A program made the position numbers and the translations under genes. A stretch of 64,000 nucleotides of DNA from an uncultured Acidobacteriota bacterium (GTDB lineage Bacteria > Acidobacteriota > UBA6911), in assembly GCA_963843575.1 (NCBI GenBank), contig CAWJKZ010000018.1, forward strand, positions 32,001 to 96,000. The letters run 5' to 3'. Shown piece after piece: positions 36,567 through 47,012 of this stretch. A model generated the notes under the pieces. That model was not told the origin of the DNA. It saw nothing but the letters and a program-made list of their open reading frames with translations, and ran no database searches. Position 1 is the first letter of the stretch; each line of letters starts with the position of its first letter.

Positions 36567-38000
36567 ATGCCCGTGAGAGTCCATATTCCTACCCCGCTCC
36601 GGCAGTATGTAGGACAAACCGCAGCGCTCGACGTCGAAGGGAACACCGTGGGAGAGGCGCTGGATCAGATATCCAGGGCCTATCCGGACATCAGGAGGCA
36701 CCTCTACAACGACGACGGAAGGCTTCGCAGCTTCATCAATGTGTATGTCAACGATGAGGACGTCCGCCACCTGCAGCAGGACAGGACGCCGCTGAAGGAA
36801 CAAGACGAGATCCGCATCATCCCCTCCATCGCGGGTGGGAGTACGGTCATGGCGGAAGCCACCCTCAGTCCAGCGGAAGTGCTGAGATACAGCCGCCACC
36901 TGATCATGCCCGAAGTCGGCATGGCAGGCCAGTTGAAGCTCAAGGCCGGGAAGGTGCTGGCTGTAGGGGCTGGGGGGCTTGGTTCGCCGCTGGCCCTGTA
37001 TCTTGCGGCGGCTGGGGTGGGAAAGATCGGCATCGTCGACTTCGATGTCGTCGACCTCACCAACCTCCAGCGGCAAATCCTGCACTCGACGGAGTCCGTG
37101 GGGAGACCCAAACTCGAGTCGGCGAAAGCGCGTCTGGAGGCACTCAACCCGGAGATCAGCATCGAACTGTACGAGACAAGACTGACCTCCGAAAACGCCC
37201 TCGACATCCTGAAAGACTACGATGTAGTCGCCGACGGGACCGACAACTTTCCAACCCGCTACCTCGTCAACGACGCCTGCGTACTTCTCGGCAAACCGAA
37301 TGTTTACGGCAGTATTTTCCGCTTCGAAGGCCAGGCTTCCGTCTTCGGCCTGCCGGGTGGGCCGTGTTACCGGTGTCTCTATCCCGAGCCGCCGCCGCCC
37401 GGGCTCGTGCCCAGCTGTGCCGAAGGGGGAGTACTGGGCATCCTGCCAGGGACGATCGGGGTCATCCAGGCAACCGAGACGGTGAAGTTGCTTCTCGGCA
37501 TCGGAGAGCCCCTGTCCGGGCGTTTGCTGCTCTTTGACGCACTGGGCATGAGCTTCAAGACGCTCAAGGTCAGGAAGGATCCCAACTGCCCGATTTGCGG
37601 CGAAAATAGAACCATTCATCGGCTCATTGACTACAAGCAGTTTTGCGGCATTACCTCCGAGTCGCCGGATGTCGGCGACACCGCTCTGAGCATCGAGCCG
37701 CCCGAGCTCAAGCACCTGATCGACAGCAACAAACCCCTCTATCTGCTTGACGTGCGCGAGCCCCAGGAATGGCAGATCTGCAGGATTGCGGGCGCGCACC
37801 TGATTCCGCTGGGCCGGCTGTCGGCAAGCCTGAACCAGTTGAACACGGCCGACGACATCGTGGTCTACTGCCGCAGTGGCGTGCGTAGCGCCAAGGCGGT
37901 GGAGTTGTTGAAAAAGTCGGGGTTCAAGAGGGTCAGGAATCTCGACGGCGGCATACTAGCCTGGGCCGACAAAGTCGATCCCACCCTGCCGAAGTATTAA
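36567..38000 (+). CDS. moeB: MoaD/ThiS (CysO-like) - MoeB/E1 - rhodanese fusion (MoeZ-like)
   Basis: Ubl VHIPTPLR...FINVYVNDED...IPSIAGG, then E1 RYSRH, GAGGLGS, NLQRQ, CYRC, SCAEGG, CPIC, then rhodanese DVRE...YCRSGVRS...GGILAW. No stop after GG. Confidence 0.93.
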   Translation: MPVRVHIPTPLRQYVGQTAALDVEGNTVGEALDQISRAYPDIRRHLYNDDGRLRSFINVYVNDEDVRHLQQDRTPLKEQDEIRIIPSIAGGSTVMAEATLSPAEVLRYSRHLIMPEVGMAGQLKLKAGKVLAVGAGGLGSPLALYLAAAGVGKIGIVDFDVVDLTNLQRQILHSTESVGRPKLESAKARLEALNPEISIELYETRLTSENALDILKDYDVVADGTDNFPTRYLVNDACVLLGKPNVYGSIFRFEGQASVFGLPGGPCYRCLYPEPPPPGLVPSCAEGGVLGILPGTIGVIQATETVKLLLGIGEPLSGRLLLFDALGMSFKTLKVRKDPNCPICGENRTIHRLIDYKQFCGITSESPDVGDTALSIEPPELKHLIDSNKPLYLLDVREPQEWQICRIAGAHLIPLGRLSASLNQLNTADDIVVYCRSGVRSAKAVELLKKSGFKRVRNLDGGILAWADKVDPTLPKY

Positions 38001-38025
38001 TCTCCTCGGGCAGCATGCAGCCTGC

Positions 38026-38070
38026 CGCGCGACGAAGGTCGATCCGATCGTGGTGCTGCGGTACGAGTAA
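38026..38070 (+). pseudogene. C-terminal remnant of a MacB/ADOP-type ABC permease
   Basis: RATKVDPIVVLRYE*, the canonical RAxxVDPxxALRxE terminus, with no gene body. Confidence 0.6.
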
Positions 38071-38868
38071 CAAGCCACTGCCATACCACGCTGCCGGCGT
38101 TGGGATCCGGTCGCTAGAGCCACTCCGCTCTCACTTGGGTGCAACCGCCGACCCGATGCCGCCGGCAGGGCCGATGAGGTTGGCATTCCCCCGAACGCTC
38201 GTGATCCGGACAAACTTCGGCAAATATGTAGAAGGTTCGGACGCTTCGGCCGACAAGTATTAAGAGGCGGACAATGACATACACGCTTTTCCTCTGGATC
38301 GTCATCACGGTGATGTTCGCGTTGTCGTTACTTGCGGCCACCTGGGTGAAAAAGTAGGCCGTATTACTGGCAACCACTGATCTGCTGCGGGGTTGTCCAC
38401 TTGACCGGCGACCAGATAGCCGGGTTGTGGATTACGTGGGACAGCTTCGCCGTCATGACGCATCCGAAACACTTTCCAGCGAGCAACCAGGCCACCGCGC
38501 GGTTCAGTTCCACCCGCTTGCCGGCGGAGGCAACCGCTTCCTTAACAACCTGCCCGGTTGTGCCGGAATACGTCGCGGTGGCTGGGAACAGCGCAGACGC
38601 CACCACGGAGTGGTTCGTCAATCCGCGTGCGGGCGATCTGAGACTTACCGTTAGTGGGCCGCTCAGGGTTGTGCGGACTTCGCGTTCTGCTGGCTGCGCG
38701 CCGAGTCAAGAAAAAGGGCTGGAGAATTCGACTGGCAATCCTGCACAATAGCCGGTGGCCGAGTTCCGTTCCCTCGAGTGATCTCCCTCGCGCCGTCATT
38801 CGAGGCAGGATTCACCAGCTGGTTCGGCCTTGCGTCCGACGAGGTATGCTCTTCAAGGAAAAAGAAAA

Positions 38869-40272
38869 ATGACCAAGAGACGTGACTTCATCAAGACAAG
38901 TGTGGCCGGGGCTGCTGGATTGGCAATTGGAGGCATCGGATTCAATGCAAGCTCCTATGCCTCGATTATCGGGGCAAATGACCGCATCAACCTTGCCGTC
39001 ATCGGCATCCGGAACCAGGGTACCGTGCACATCAACCGGTACTGCGACCTCAAAAACGGCAAGAACGTCATCATCAAGACGCTCTGCGACGCGGATGAGC
39101 GGCTGTTTCCGCCCGCGGTTGAGATTGTCAACAAAAAGACGGGCGTTCAGCCCCTGACACAATGGGATCTCAAGAGAGTGCTGGACGACAAGGAAATCCA
39201 CGCCGTATCCATCGTCACGCCGAATCACTGGCATGCACTGGCGACGATCTGGGCCTGTCAGGCCGGCAAACATGTATACGTCGAAAAACCGGTCTCCCAC
39301 AATGTCTGGGAAGGTCGGAAGATGATCGAAGCGGCGCGCAAATACGACGTGAGAGTTCAGGTCGGGTTGAATAACCGCTCGTCGGCGAATGTGATCGAGG
39401 CCATCAAGTTCCTGCACGAAGGCGGCATCGGAGAGGTTTTCACGGCCCGTGCCCTATGCTTCAAGGCCCGCGATTCGTACGGGATTGCCAAGGATAGCCT
39501 GCCGCCCGCCACGTTCCACTACGACCGTTGGCTGGGACCGGCGCCTTATCGCCCGTACAACGAAAAACGGAGTCACTACAACTGGCACTGGTACTGGGAT
39601 ACGGGAAACGGAGACACCGGAAACACGGGACCCCACCAGCTCGATCTTGCGCGCTGGGGAATGAACCTGAACGAGCACCCGGTTTCGATCCATAGTGCGG
39701 GCGGTCTTTACGGGTTACGTCAGGAGGAAGGCAACAACCCGACTCCGGGCAAAATGGTATATGGCGGAGTGGAGACGTATGGCCGCGACAAAACCTCCCA
39801 GGAAACGCCCAATACGCAGACGGCTGTGTTCAAGTACCGCGACGGGAGGATGATCGAGTTCGAAGCCCGGGGCCGATACACCAATCACGAAGGAAGCCGT
39901 GGCCAGGAGGTCGGGAATCTCTTCTACGGTTCTACAGGGTGGCTCGAGATCGGCGGGTCCACCTGGAAAGCCTTCCGTGAACGGGAACGGGAGCCCTTCG
40001 CCGGCTCAAAGAAACGTGAGAGAGACTCGGAGGGCGATCATTGGGCCAATTTTCTCGACGCGGTGCGCTCGGGAAAGAACGAGGACCTTCACAGCGACAT
40101 CAATGAAGGTTTCTATTCGTCCGCCCTTCCTCTGCTGGCCAATATCTCGTATCGCCTTGACCGGTCCCTGAATTTCATGGGTGATTACGAGAAGTTTGCC
40201 AACGATCCTGAGGCCGATACCATGCTCACCCGGGCCTACCGTCATCCCTATGTTGTGCCGGAGGAAGTGTGA
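38869..40272 (+). CDS. Gfo/Idh/MocA oxidoreductase, Tat-exported
   Basis: KRRDFIK leader, GANDRINLAVIG, TPNHWH, VYVEKP, HYNWHWYW, GNTGPHQLD. Confidence 0.95.
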   Translation: MTKRRDFIKTSVAGAAGLAIGGIGFNASSYASIIGANDRINLAVIGIRNQGTVHINRYCDLKNGKNVIIKTLCDADERLFPPAVEIVNKKTGVQPLTQWDLKRVLDDKEIHAVSIVTPNHWHALATIWACQAGKHVYVEKPVSHNVWEGRKMIEAARKYDVRVQVGLNNRSSANVIEAIKFLHEGGIGEVFTARALCFKARDSYGIAKDSLPPATFHYDRWLGPAPYRPYNEKRSHYNWHWYWDTGNGDTGNTGPHQLDLARWGMNLNEHPVSIHSAGGLYGLRQEEGNNPTPGKMVYGGVETYGRDKTSQETPNTQTAVFKYRDGRMIEFEARGRYTNHEGSRGQEVGNLFYGSTGWLEIGGSTWKAFREREREPFAGSKKRERDSEGDHWANFLDAVRSGKNEDLHSDINEGFYSSALPLLANISYRLDRSLNFMGDYEKFANDPEADTMLTRAYRHPYVVPEEV

Positions 40273-40547
40273 CTGTGCCTGTTTCGGGGTGTGGAGAGCC
40301 CCGGCCGGATCCATGGAACTTGAAGAGTTGAGGCCCCCGGCGTTTGTATCGATGATGCAGGCGTCCCGAAGCATGCATCGCTTCCCATCTTCACCAAGTG
40401 TGCTTCCGTGCTCTTGCGTGGGCATCCGAGGCTAATGATACGCTCACTCGAAAGCACTGGATTTGATCACCAACTGGGTGCTGGCACGGGGACCGAAAGC
40501 CCGCAAGTAGACCTAGCAGGAGGCCGGGCCGGGTGGGACTTTGCGCA

Positions 40548-41258
40548 TCAGTTAGCGGGGATCTCGCGGATCTTGATGTTCCGGAACCAGCACTCATCCC
40601 TGTGATAGGTCAACATGACGTGTCCGCTGATCTTGGTCCCGAAGTCGGGGAATTTTGTGAACTTGCTCTGGGCAAGTCCCGCTTTCACCTCGGCGCTGCC
40701 GAGTTCGTACTCGAGCACCTTTTCGCTGTTCAGCCAGTGCTCGACGTGGCTGCCCTGGACGACAATGCGCGACAGGTTCCACTCTCCGGCAGGTTTGGCA
40801 GCCGTCCCGGGATCAGGCGTCAGGACATCGTAAAACGAGGCAGTTCCGTGGCGTGGGCCGTTTAGCTTGACCTCGTTCGCCGAGTCGTCGATCATCTGAT
40901 ACTCGTGCCCTGGCGCAGCGGGGCGCTCCTCCGTGACGAAGTACTTCACCCCGTTGTTCCCGCCGGCGGCTATTTTCCATTCCCAGCTGAACTCAAAGTC
41001 ATCGAACTTGTCCACCGTGATTAGACTGCTGCCGCTTACCTTCGGGATTGTCTTCAGGAGGGCGTCCTCGATTTTCCAGCTGGCGGGTATGCCCGCCTGC
41101 CGGTAGCCGCGCCACCCGTCCATGGAGGTGCCGTTGAAGAGGAGCTTCCAGCCCGTCGCCCTTTCGCCGGGGGTAAGCAGGTTCGGGTTCTCCTGCGCGA
41201 CTGAAGGCAGAGCCGCTGCGGAGAGCAACAGCAGGCTCAGGATGAATTTCTTTTCCAA
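40548..41258 (-). CDS. DUF1080 (3-keto-disaccharide hydrolase) domain protein
   Basis: Signal peptide, GWKLLFNG..GW, GGNNGV, HEYQMID, GEWN, HVEHWLN, FRNIKIRE. TTG start with RBS AGGAGG. Confidence 0.92.
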   Translation of the reverse strand: MEKKFILSLLLLSAAALPSVAQENPNLLTPGERATGWKLLFNGTSMDGWRGYRQAGIPASWKIEDALLKTIPKVSGSSLITVDKFDDFEFSWEWKIAAGGNNGVKYFVTEERPAAPGHEYQMIDDSANEVKLNGPRHGTASFYDVLTPDPGTAAKPAGEWNLSRIVVQGSHVEHWLNSEKVLEYELGSAEVKAGLAQSKFTKFPDFGTKISGHVMLTYHRDECWFRNIKIREIPAN

Positions 41259-41513
41259 GAGTTTTTCCTCCTGTTCCCGTTTCCCGCAGTGGCCGAAGAT
41301 ACCTGTGGGGGGCGTGGCGCGATTATAGGCGACCCGGATCGGTCCCGGGTAGCTGATTTGACGCCTGCGACGGCTCATCTCCATGCCCAATGGCCGCTCC
41401 TCTCATAATCGGCCATTGCACGGGAGACGAGACGGTGGCGAGCGCCCCCTGCCGCGGCAATCAAGCAGGACCTGCCGGGGCTCTACTGAACGGGGACTAC
41501 CGCCGGCGAAACA

Positions 41514-41601
41514 CAGAACGCGGATTCCCACGGATTTGACGGATTCGTGTGGCCTGTCACCAGGTCAAAATCCGCGCCCATCCGCGAAAATCCGCGTCCT
41601 G
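41514..41601 (+). repeat. REP-like CGGAT/ATCCG repeat, family A (diverged copy)
   Basis: CAGAACGCGGATT..CACGGATT..CGGAT...CCTGTCACCAGG...ATCCGCG...ATCCGCGTCCTG. Confidence 0.7.
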
Positions 41602-41692
41602 GAACGCCTCGGCCTCGGCAGTGCAACAAAATTGCCCTGCCGTGAAAGCGTGAGAGTGCGTCTTCCCGCTTCTACATTCGGGAGACCTGAGT

Positions 41693-44600
41693 CTAGAAAA
41701 CAAACCTCAGACCGAAACGGAACTGCCGCTCGTCGATACCCTCCCTGGCCAGGTTGATCGTGCTGCTGATGGTCATGAAATCGGCTCCGTCTCCGATATT
41801 GCCGTCAGGGACGTCCAGGTGTGGCGTATTGGTGAAGTTGAACGACTCCATCCGGAATTGCATCTTCAGGCGCTCGGTGAATGCAAATTCGCGGAAGAGG
41901 CCGAAATCCCAGTTGAACAGTCCGGGTCCGCGCAGCGTGTTGCGCCGCGAATTGCCGAAACGCGCGGCGGTTATGTCGGCGAACGCTGTCGGATCATAAT
42001 AGGGATCCCCGAGACCGACCCCGCCCAGTTTGGCCACGTCTGTTTTTACCTGATCAGCGTACTGGTTGCTTCCCGGCAGGTTCAATGACGTGCCGTCCGC
42101 GGTAACCGAGAAGGGCACGCCGCTCATCACGCTGACCAGGTTGTTCACCTGCCAACCGCCGATGATGTAGGACACGACTCCCTTGTCGTTCAGGTAGTGC
42201 CTGCCTTTGCCGAAGGGGAGTTGCCAGATGTTGGTGATGCCCAGATTGTGGGTGCGGTCGCTAGAGGCGGGCGCATAGTTTCGACTCATGTATGCGAGTG
42301 CCTGGATCTCGGGAGTCGCATCGCTGTTTTCAAGCGGTGTGACCGCCTTTCCCCAGGTGTAGTTCACCGTGAGTGCGAGCCCGGCGGAGAAGCGGCGTTG
42401 CAGTTCGGCCTGCAGGGAATCGTAGTGGCCTGTTCCGACCGGCTGCAGGAAGATGGTCGATGCTGTTCGGCCAAACTTGGCCACCAAGGGTCTGCCTTCC
42501 TCGCCGGCGCCGATGATCTGGCCCGCATTGATATCGACCAGGCCCAGAGTCCGGACGGACCTAGTTGCCACATACCCTGCCTGGCCGGTGAATCCCCACG
42601 GGAGCTCTCTTTGCACGGTGAAGTTCCACGACTGGATGTAACCGCGCTTCAGGTCCTTGGGTAATCCCTGGAAGACGTAGTCGCCAGGAATATCCAGGAT
42701 GCCGTTTCCGTTGTCAGGCACCTGGATCGTGGGAATCCCCTTCGACAACGTGGTCGCAGGAGTGAGACCATCCGGAGATTCACGTCTCACCTGGATGAGA
42801 AGCGGGTAATTGGCACGCAAAGGTTCGAAGGCTTCGTAGGGATCGTTGGTGAGCCCATAGCCGGTCCGGATCACAAACTTGTCGGTCAGGCGATAGGCCA
42901 GACCGACGCGCGGACCGAAGCGCAGTTTGCTGACCTTGATGCCGCAGTCCGTAGGTATGGATCCGAATCCGCAGAGGGATACCTGGTTTGTCTCGGGATC
43001 ATAGGATTCGATCCCGCGGTCGGGCCGGGTCGGTACCGGGAAATATTCGTAACGAAGCCCATAGTCCAGCGTGAGCCTGGGGGTTACAGTCCACCGGTCA
43101 CGGGCGTAGGCGCTGAAGAGCCAGGCGCGAATGTGATATTCATCCGGGACCTGGAGCGTCCTCCCTCCCTGGCTCGCCTGGCCCAGCAGGAATGCGGCAA
43201 TGCTGTTGTACCTGGACCCACCCGAGGTTTCCTGGCAATTTCCGCTTTCCGGGTCGAGTCCCTCACAACGTTCGGTAATGCCTCGTTCGAAATTGAAGCC
43301 ACCCTGCGCGCCGTACCCGCCGCTGGCAAACTCGGCCTGGGCCTGGTTCAGCCCCTGGCGATAGAAGTCGCCGCCAAACCGGATATTGTGCTTGCCCTTC
43401 ATCCAGTTCACGTTGACCACATACTGCGACTGCGGGTCGTGACGGTAGTAGGGCATGAAGTTGTTGGGCACTCCCAGGGTGGAGTAATTCTCGATGTCAA
43501 ATTCGGGCCAGCCGCTCTCGAAGGCGCGTGGACCGTTGGTTCCCGGGATGCCGAACACTTCCGAGCCGAGATTCTTGCCGAGGCCGGTTTGCTCGGAAGA
43601 AGTCCCCTGCCGCGCGTAACCGAAGTGGGCATCCACGAGAAAGTTTGGATTGAGGGTGTATGTGCCCATGACTGTGGTCCGGTACGTATTGCCGTGACCG
43701 TGCCCCGGATTGCCGCCGGCGAGGGGATCCCCGCCTCCCGCCTCCCCATATACAGTCGGGTTGATGCTGTTGTAGTGGAGGAGACCGAACGTGCCAATCA
43801 CGTTGAGTTTGGACGTCACGCTGTAGTCGACCTTCGTATCCACCTGGTGGCGATCAAAGATAAACGGACCGGAAACAAAGTAGTTTCTGTTTTCCCGATT
43901 GATGTTGTTGGGCACGAAGAAGGCCGTGATTTTCTTGGCAATCGGGTCCATCCGGCCGGCAGGAATGATGTTCAGGCAACCCGGGTTCGTTGCGGTATTG
44001 CAGAGCGAGTAGTTGGAGTCACCGGGTGCAACGTGGAATTGCGTGCGGCCCAAACCCGTGTTGGGGTCGCCCGACAGCGGGTCGTAAATGGGCGTCGTTG
44101 ACGCGGACAAGTCGCCCGCCAGCATGGCGGGCAAGGGGACGGTCGCGAACGTCTGAACGTTCCTGTGGTCCCTCGTCGACTCGTAGCTGACGAAATAGAA
44201 GGCCTTGTTCTTCTTGATCGGCCCCCCTACCGTGCCGCCGTACTCGTTGTAAACCTGCTTCGGTTTGGTGCCGGTATTCAAATCGGCATCCCCGAACCGC
44301 ATGGGCCAGGCCTTCAGGTGATTGTCGGTGTGGTATTCAAACGCCGACCCGTGCAAGTCGTTCGTTCCGCTCCGGGTCTGGACATTGATCGCCGCACCGC
44401 CCGCCAGGCCCTGCTCGGCGTCAAAACTGCTCGTGACGACGTTGACTTCCTGGATCGACTCCAGGGTCGGGACGTAGGACGCAACGTGCGGCAGCTGCAC
44501 GTGAGTAGTGCTGACGCCGTCGATGCGTGTGTTGTTCTGGTTGTCGCTCGTCCCGTTGACCGTGAACTCCAATGAACGCGAAGGATTGGTCGGGATGGAG

Positions 44601-45142
44601 TGCGAATTCTGTGGCGGCGAAAAGCCGGGCAGCATGCGATAGACCTGTTGATAGTTCCTACCCAGCGCTACAGGCAGGTTTTGCAGATCCGACGCGACGA
44701 CTCCAACCGCCACCTCGGACGTTTCCGTCTGCAGCCTCGGCGGCTCCGCATTTACCACAACCTGTTCATCCGCGGCACCGACCTCCAGTGTCACGTTTAC
44801 ACGGCTGACGCTGTTTATGGAGACCGTCACCTCCGCCTGTTCGAAGGTCTTGAATCCCTGCTGGGTGACTTTGACGCTGTAAGTCCCAGTGGGGAGATCG
44901 GTGATATTGAAGTGTCCCGTCTCATCAGTGACCACCTCACGGGTCAGGTTGGTGCCCTTGTTGCTGACGACAACGGTCGTACCCGGAACGGACGCGCCAG
45001 AGGCGTCCTTCACATCTCCCACGATCGAGCCATACAGGACCTGAGCTTCAGCCTTCGGAGTCGTCGCAAATGCCAGGACTAAGGCGATACCCACCAGGCA
45101 GCAACACCACACCGCTATCTTCTGCACTCGTGGCATGGACAT
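41693..45142 (-). CDS. TonB-dependent receptor with carboxypeptidase-regulatory-like N-domain (Oar-type)
   Basis: AQVLYGSIVG.VKD.SGA, NLPV..RNY, FDAEQG..GG, SGTN.LHGSAF, N.YGGTVGGPI, GPRVGLAY, C-terminal RQFRFGLRFVF. Confidence 0.95.
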   Translation of the reverse strand: MSMPRVQKIAVWCCCLVGIALVLAFATTPKAEAQVLYGSIVGDVKDASGASVPGTTVVVSNKGTNLTREVVTDETGHFNITDLPTGTYSVKVTQQGFKTFEQAEVTVSINSVSRVNVTLEVGAADEQVVVNAEPPRLQTETSEVAVGVVASDLQNLPVALGRNYQQVYRMLPGFSPPQNSHSIPTNPSRSLEFTVNGTSDNQNNTRIDGVSTTHVQLPHVASYVPTLESIQEVNVVTSSFDAEQGLAGGAAINVQTRSGTNDLHGSAFEYHTDNHLKAWPMRFGDADLNTGTKPKQVYNEYGGTVGGPIKKNKAFYFVSYESTRDHRNVQTFATVPLPAMLAGDLSASTTPIYDPLSGDPNTGLGRTQFHVAPGDSNYSLCNTATNPGCLNIIPAGRMDPIAKKITAFFVPNNINRENRNYFVSGPFIFDRHQVDTKVDYSVTSKLNVIGTFGLLHYNSINPTVYGEAGGGDPLAGGNPGHGHGNTYRTTVMGTYTLNPNFLVDAHFGYARQGTSSEQTGLGKNLGSEVFGIPGTNGPRAFESGWPEFDIENYSTLGVPNNFMPYYRHDPQSQYVVNVNWMKGKHNIRFGGDFYRQGLNQAQAEFASGGYGAQGGFNFERGITERCEGLDPESGNCQETSGGSRYNSIAAFLLGQASQGGRTLQVPDEYHIRAWLFSAYARDRWTVTPRLTLDYGLRYEYFPVPTRPDRGIESYDPETNQVSLCGFGSIPTDCGIKVSKLRFGPRVGLAYRLTDKFVIRTGYGLTNDPYEAFEPLRANYPLLIQVRRESPDGLTPATTLSKGIPTIQVPDNGNGILDIPGDYVFQGLPKDLKRGYIQSWNFTVQRELPWGFTGQAGYVATRSVRTLGLVDINAGQIIGAGEEGRPLVAKFGRTASTIFLQPVGTGHYDSLQAELQRRFSAGLALTVNYTWGKAVTPLENSDATPEIQALAYMSRNYAPASSDRTHNLGITNIWQLPFGKGRHYLNDKGVVSYIIGGWQVNNLVSVMSGVPFSVTADGTSLNLPGSNQYADQVKTDVAKLGGVGLGDPYYDPTAFADITAARFGNSRRNTLRGPGLFNWDFGLFREFAFTERLKMQFRMESFNFTNTPHLDVPDGNIGDGADFMTISSTINLAREGIDERQFRFGLRFVF

Positions 45143-45745
45143 CACACCCTCCTCATTGACGGAAATCGGCCGTGAGCCGTCGGAATGTGGTCGATACACA
45201 GTACCTGCGGTAGGGTTCTACTGCACCGACCTTCTTAGCGAATTGGAAAACCCCGAGTCTCTTCCCGAAGCCAGGTGAATCTATGTTAGGCGGTGGGCAA
45301 TCGATGAGTCAAATATTTGTTGCTCGAAATAGGCCAGCGCGAGATACCTCGATGGGGATAATTAGGAATCTATTATATTATCGACTTCATCACACCAGCA
45401 GCGATTGGCGCCAAATATATCGATTCCACACTGACTAACTGAAACAAGCATCATCGGCCTATGCGTGGTTCGCTCGCGCCCCATTCGACTGTGAGTAATC
45501 TTACGCCGGACACTTCCACCATCTCCGAGCCGCATATCGACCGATATGCGGACCGTGTTTTCGAACCATATCCGTTTGGGGATACCATTGCGGCGATTGG
45601 AATGGAACGACATCGCGCCTGGATGACCGACGCCCTTGCGCCGAAAGGTATAATTTCAGGACGTAAGGCCCCGGGGCGGCAAGTCTGCTTTCCTGTTTCT
45701 CATCTGTAACGCTCCTGCGGAATTCAATGTAAAGGAGAGAGCCCA

Positions 45746-46717
45746 GTGCCGCATTATCCGCACGATCTGATGGTTATCCACGAACACCCGGAATGGCAGA
45801 AGCCGCTGTTTTCCGAGCTCAAGCGCCGCAAGGTCAATTTCGGGGTGGTGGATCTCAAGAGCGCGGCGTTCTCGTCGGAGGAAGACCCTCTGGCGCCGCT
45901 GTATTTCAATCAGGCATCACCAAGCGCCTATGTACGGGGCGCGACCCGGGCCGTGCCGTATGCTTTGTCCTTCATGCGATCGCTGGCCTGTCGCGGCGTC
46001 AGGGTCCTCAATGGTGCGAATGCTTTTGCCTTTGAGCTGTCCAAGACCGTGCAGGCTTCCATGCTCAGAGCTCTGGGGATCCCACACCCCCGGAGCATCA
46101 CCTTCAACAGCTTGGACGCGTTGCGCGGGCGCGCCGGCGAGGTGGGGTTCCCGGCGCTGGTCAAGCCGGAGCAGGGTGGCAGCGGCGCGCGCATCCACCT
46201 GGCCAACGGCATGGAGGAGATAGAGGCCCTGTTTGCGCAGAATCCCGAATTGTGGGAGCCGGACCACCTGATGCTCCTGCAGGAATACATCCCTCACAGC
46301 GAAGCGCGGGGCATCATCCGCATGGAGTTCCTCGGCGGCAAGCTGTTGTACGCCATGCGGGTGGTGAGCTACGGCTCGTTCAACCTGTGCCCGTCCCCGG
46401 TGTGCAACCCTGAGGCCGGCGGCGCCGGCGCATGTGAAGTTCCGGCGGCCGTGCATAGGCCCGTGGAGTTCTATCCCTATCCGGAGGTTCCAGCGGAAGC
46501 GGTTGTCGCCGGAGAACGCATCATGGCGGCCGCCGGGATCGACGTGGGGGCGAGCGAATACCTGGACGCCAACACCGGAGAGCGGGTTTTCTACGACATC
46601 AACGCCAACAGCAACCTGCGGCCCAGTGTTGCCGCCGCATTCGGGTTCGACCCGTTCGAACGCGTGGCGGAATGGCTGTCGGGTCATATCGAGGCTGTGA
46701 AGTCCGGCGCATTTTAG
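45746..46717 (+). CDS. ATP-grasp protein (RimK/glutathione synthetase-like)
   Basis: VLNG...ELSK, PALVKPEQGGSG, LLQEY, EYL, YDINANSN. RBS AAGGAG. Confidence 0.87.
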   Translation: MPHYPHDLMVIHEHPEWQKPLFSELKRRKVNFGVVDLKSAAFSSEEDPLAPLYFNQASPSAYVRGATRAVPYALSFMRSLACRGVRVLNGANAFAFELSKTVQASMLRALGIPHPRSITFNSLDALRGRAGEVGFPALVKPEQGGSGARIHLANGMEEIEALFAQNPELWEPDHLMLLQEYIPHSEARGIIRMEFLGGKLLYAMRVVSYGSFNLCPSPVCNPEAGGAGACEVPAAVHRPVEFYPYPEVPAEAVVAGERIMAAAGIDVGASEYLDANTGERVFYDINANSNLRPSVAAAFGFDPFERVAEWLSGHIEAVKSGAF

Positions 46718-46854
46718 ACGTGTCATCAGCACCCGCCACGAGTCCGGGGGGTAGGTTGCGAGGGCGCGAAGGTTGTGCTTAGTACACAGTCTCATAAGTA
46801 CGCTGACTTATTTTTCAGGACGCGGAAAACGCGGGCGATGAAAAACAAAAGCCA

Positions 46855-46977
46855 AAACAGAACGCAGATTCCGCGGATCCCACGGATTCACGCGGATCGA
46901 CCGCGTCCTGTCGCCAGGTCGATCTGTGGGGATCCGCGCGCATCCGCGTCCTGACAAATACATTGGCGTATTTGTGA
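46855..46977 (+). repeat. REP-like repeat family A, full-length copy
   Basis: AACAGAACGCAGATTCCGCGGATCCCACGGATTCACGCGGATCG...GGGGATCCGCGCGCATCCGCGTCCTG...TGGCGTATTTG. Confidence 0.85.
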
Positions 46978-47012
46978 ACATCAGTACTCAAGAAGCGACG
47001 CCGTCTTGAGGT

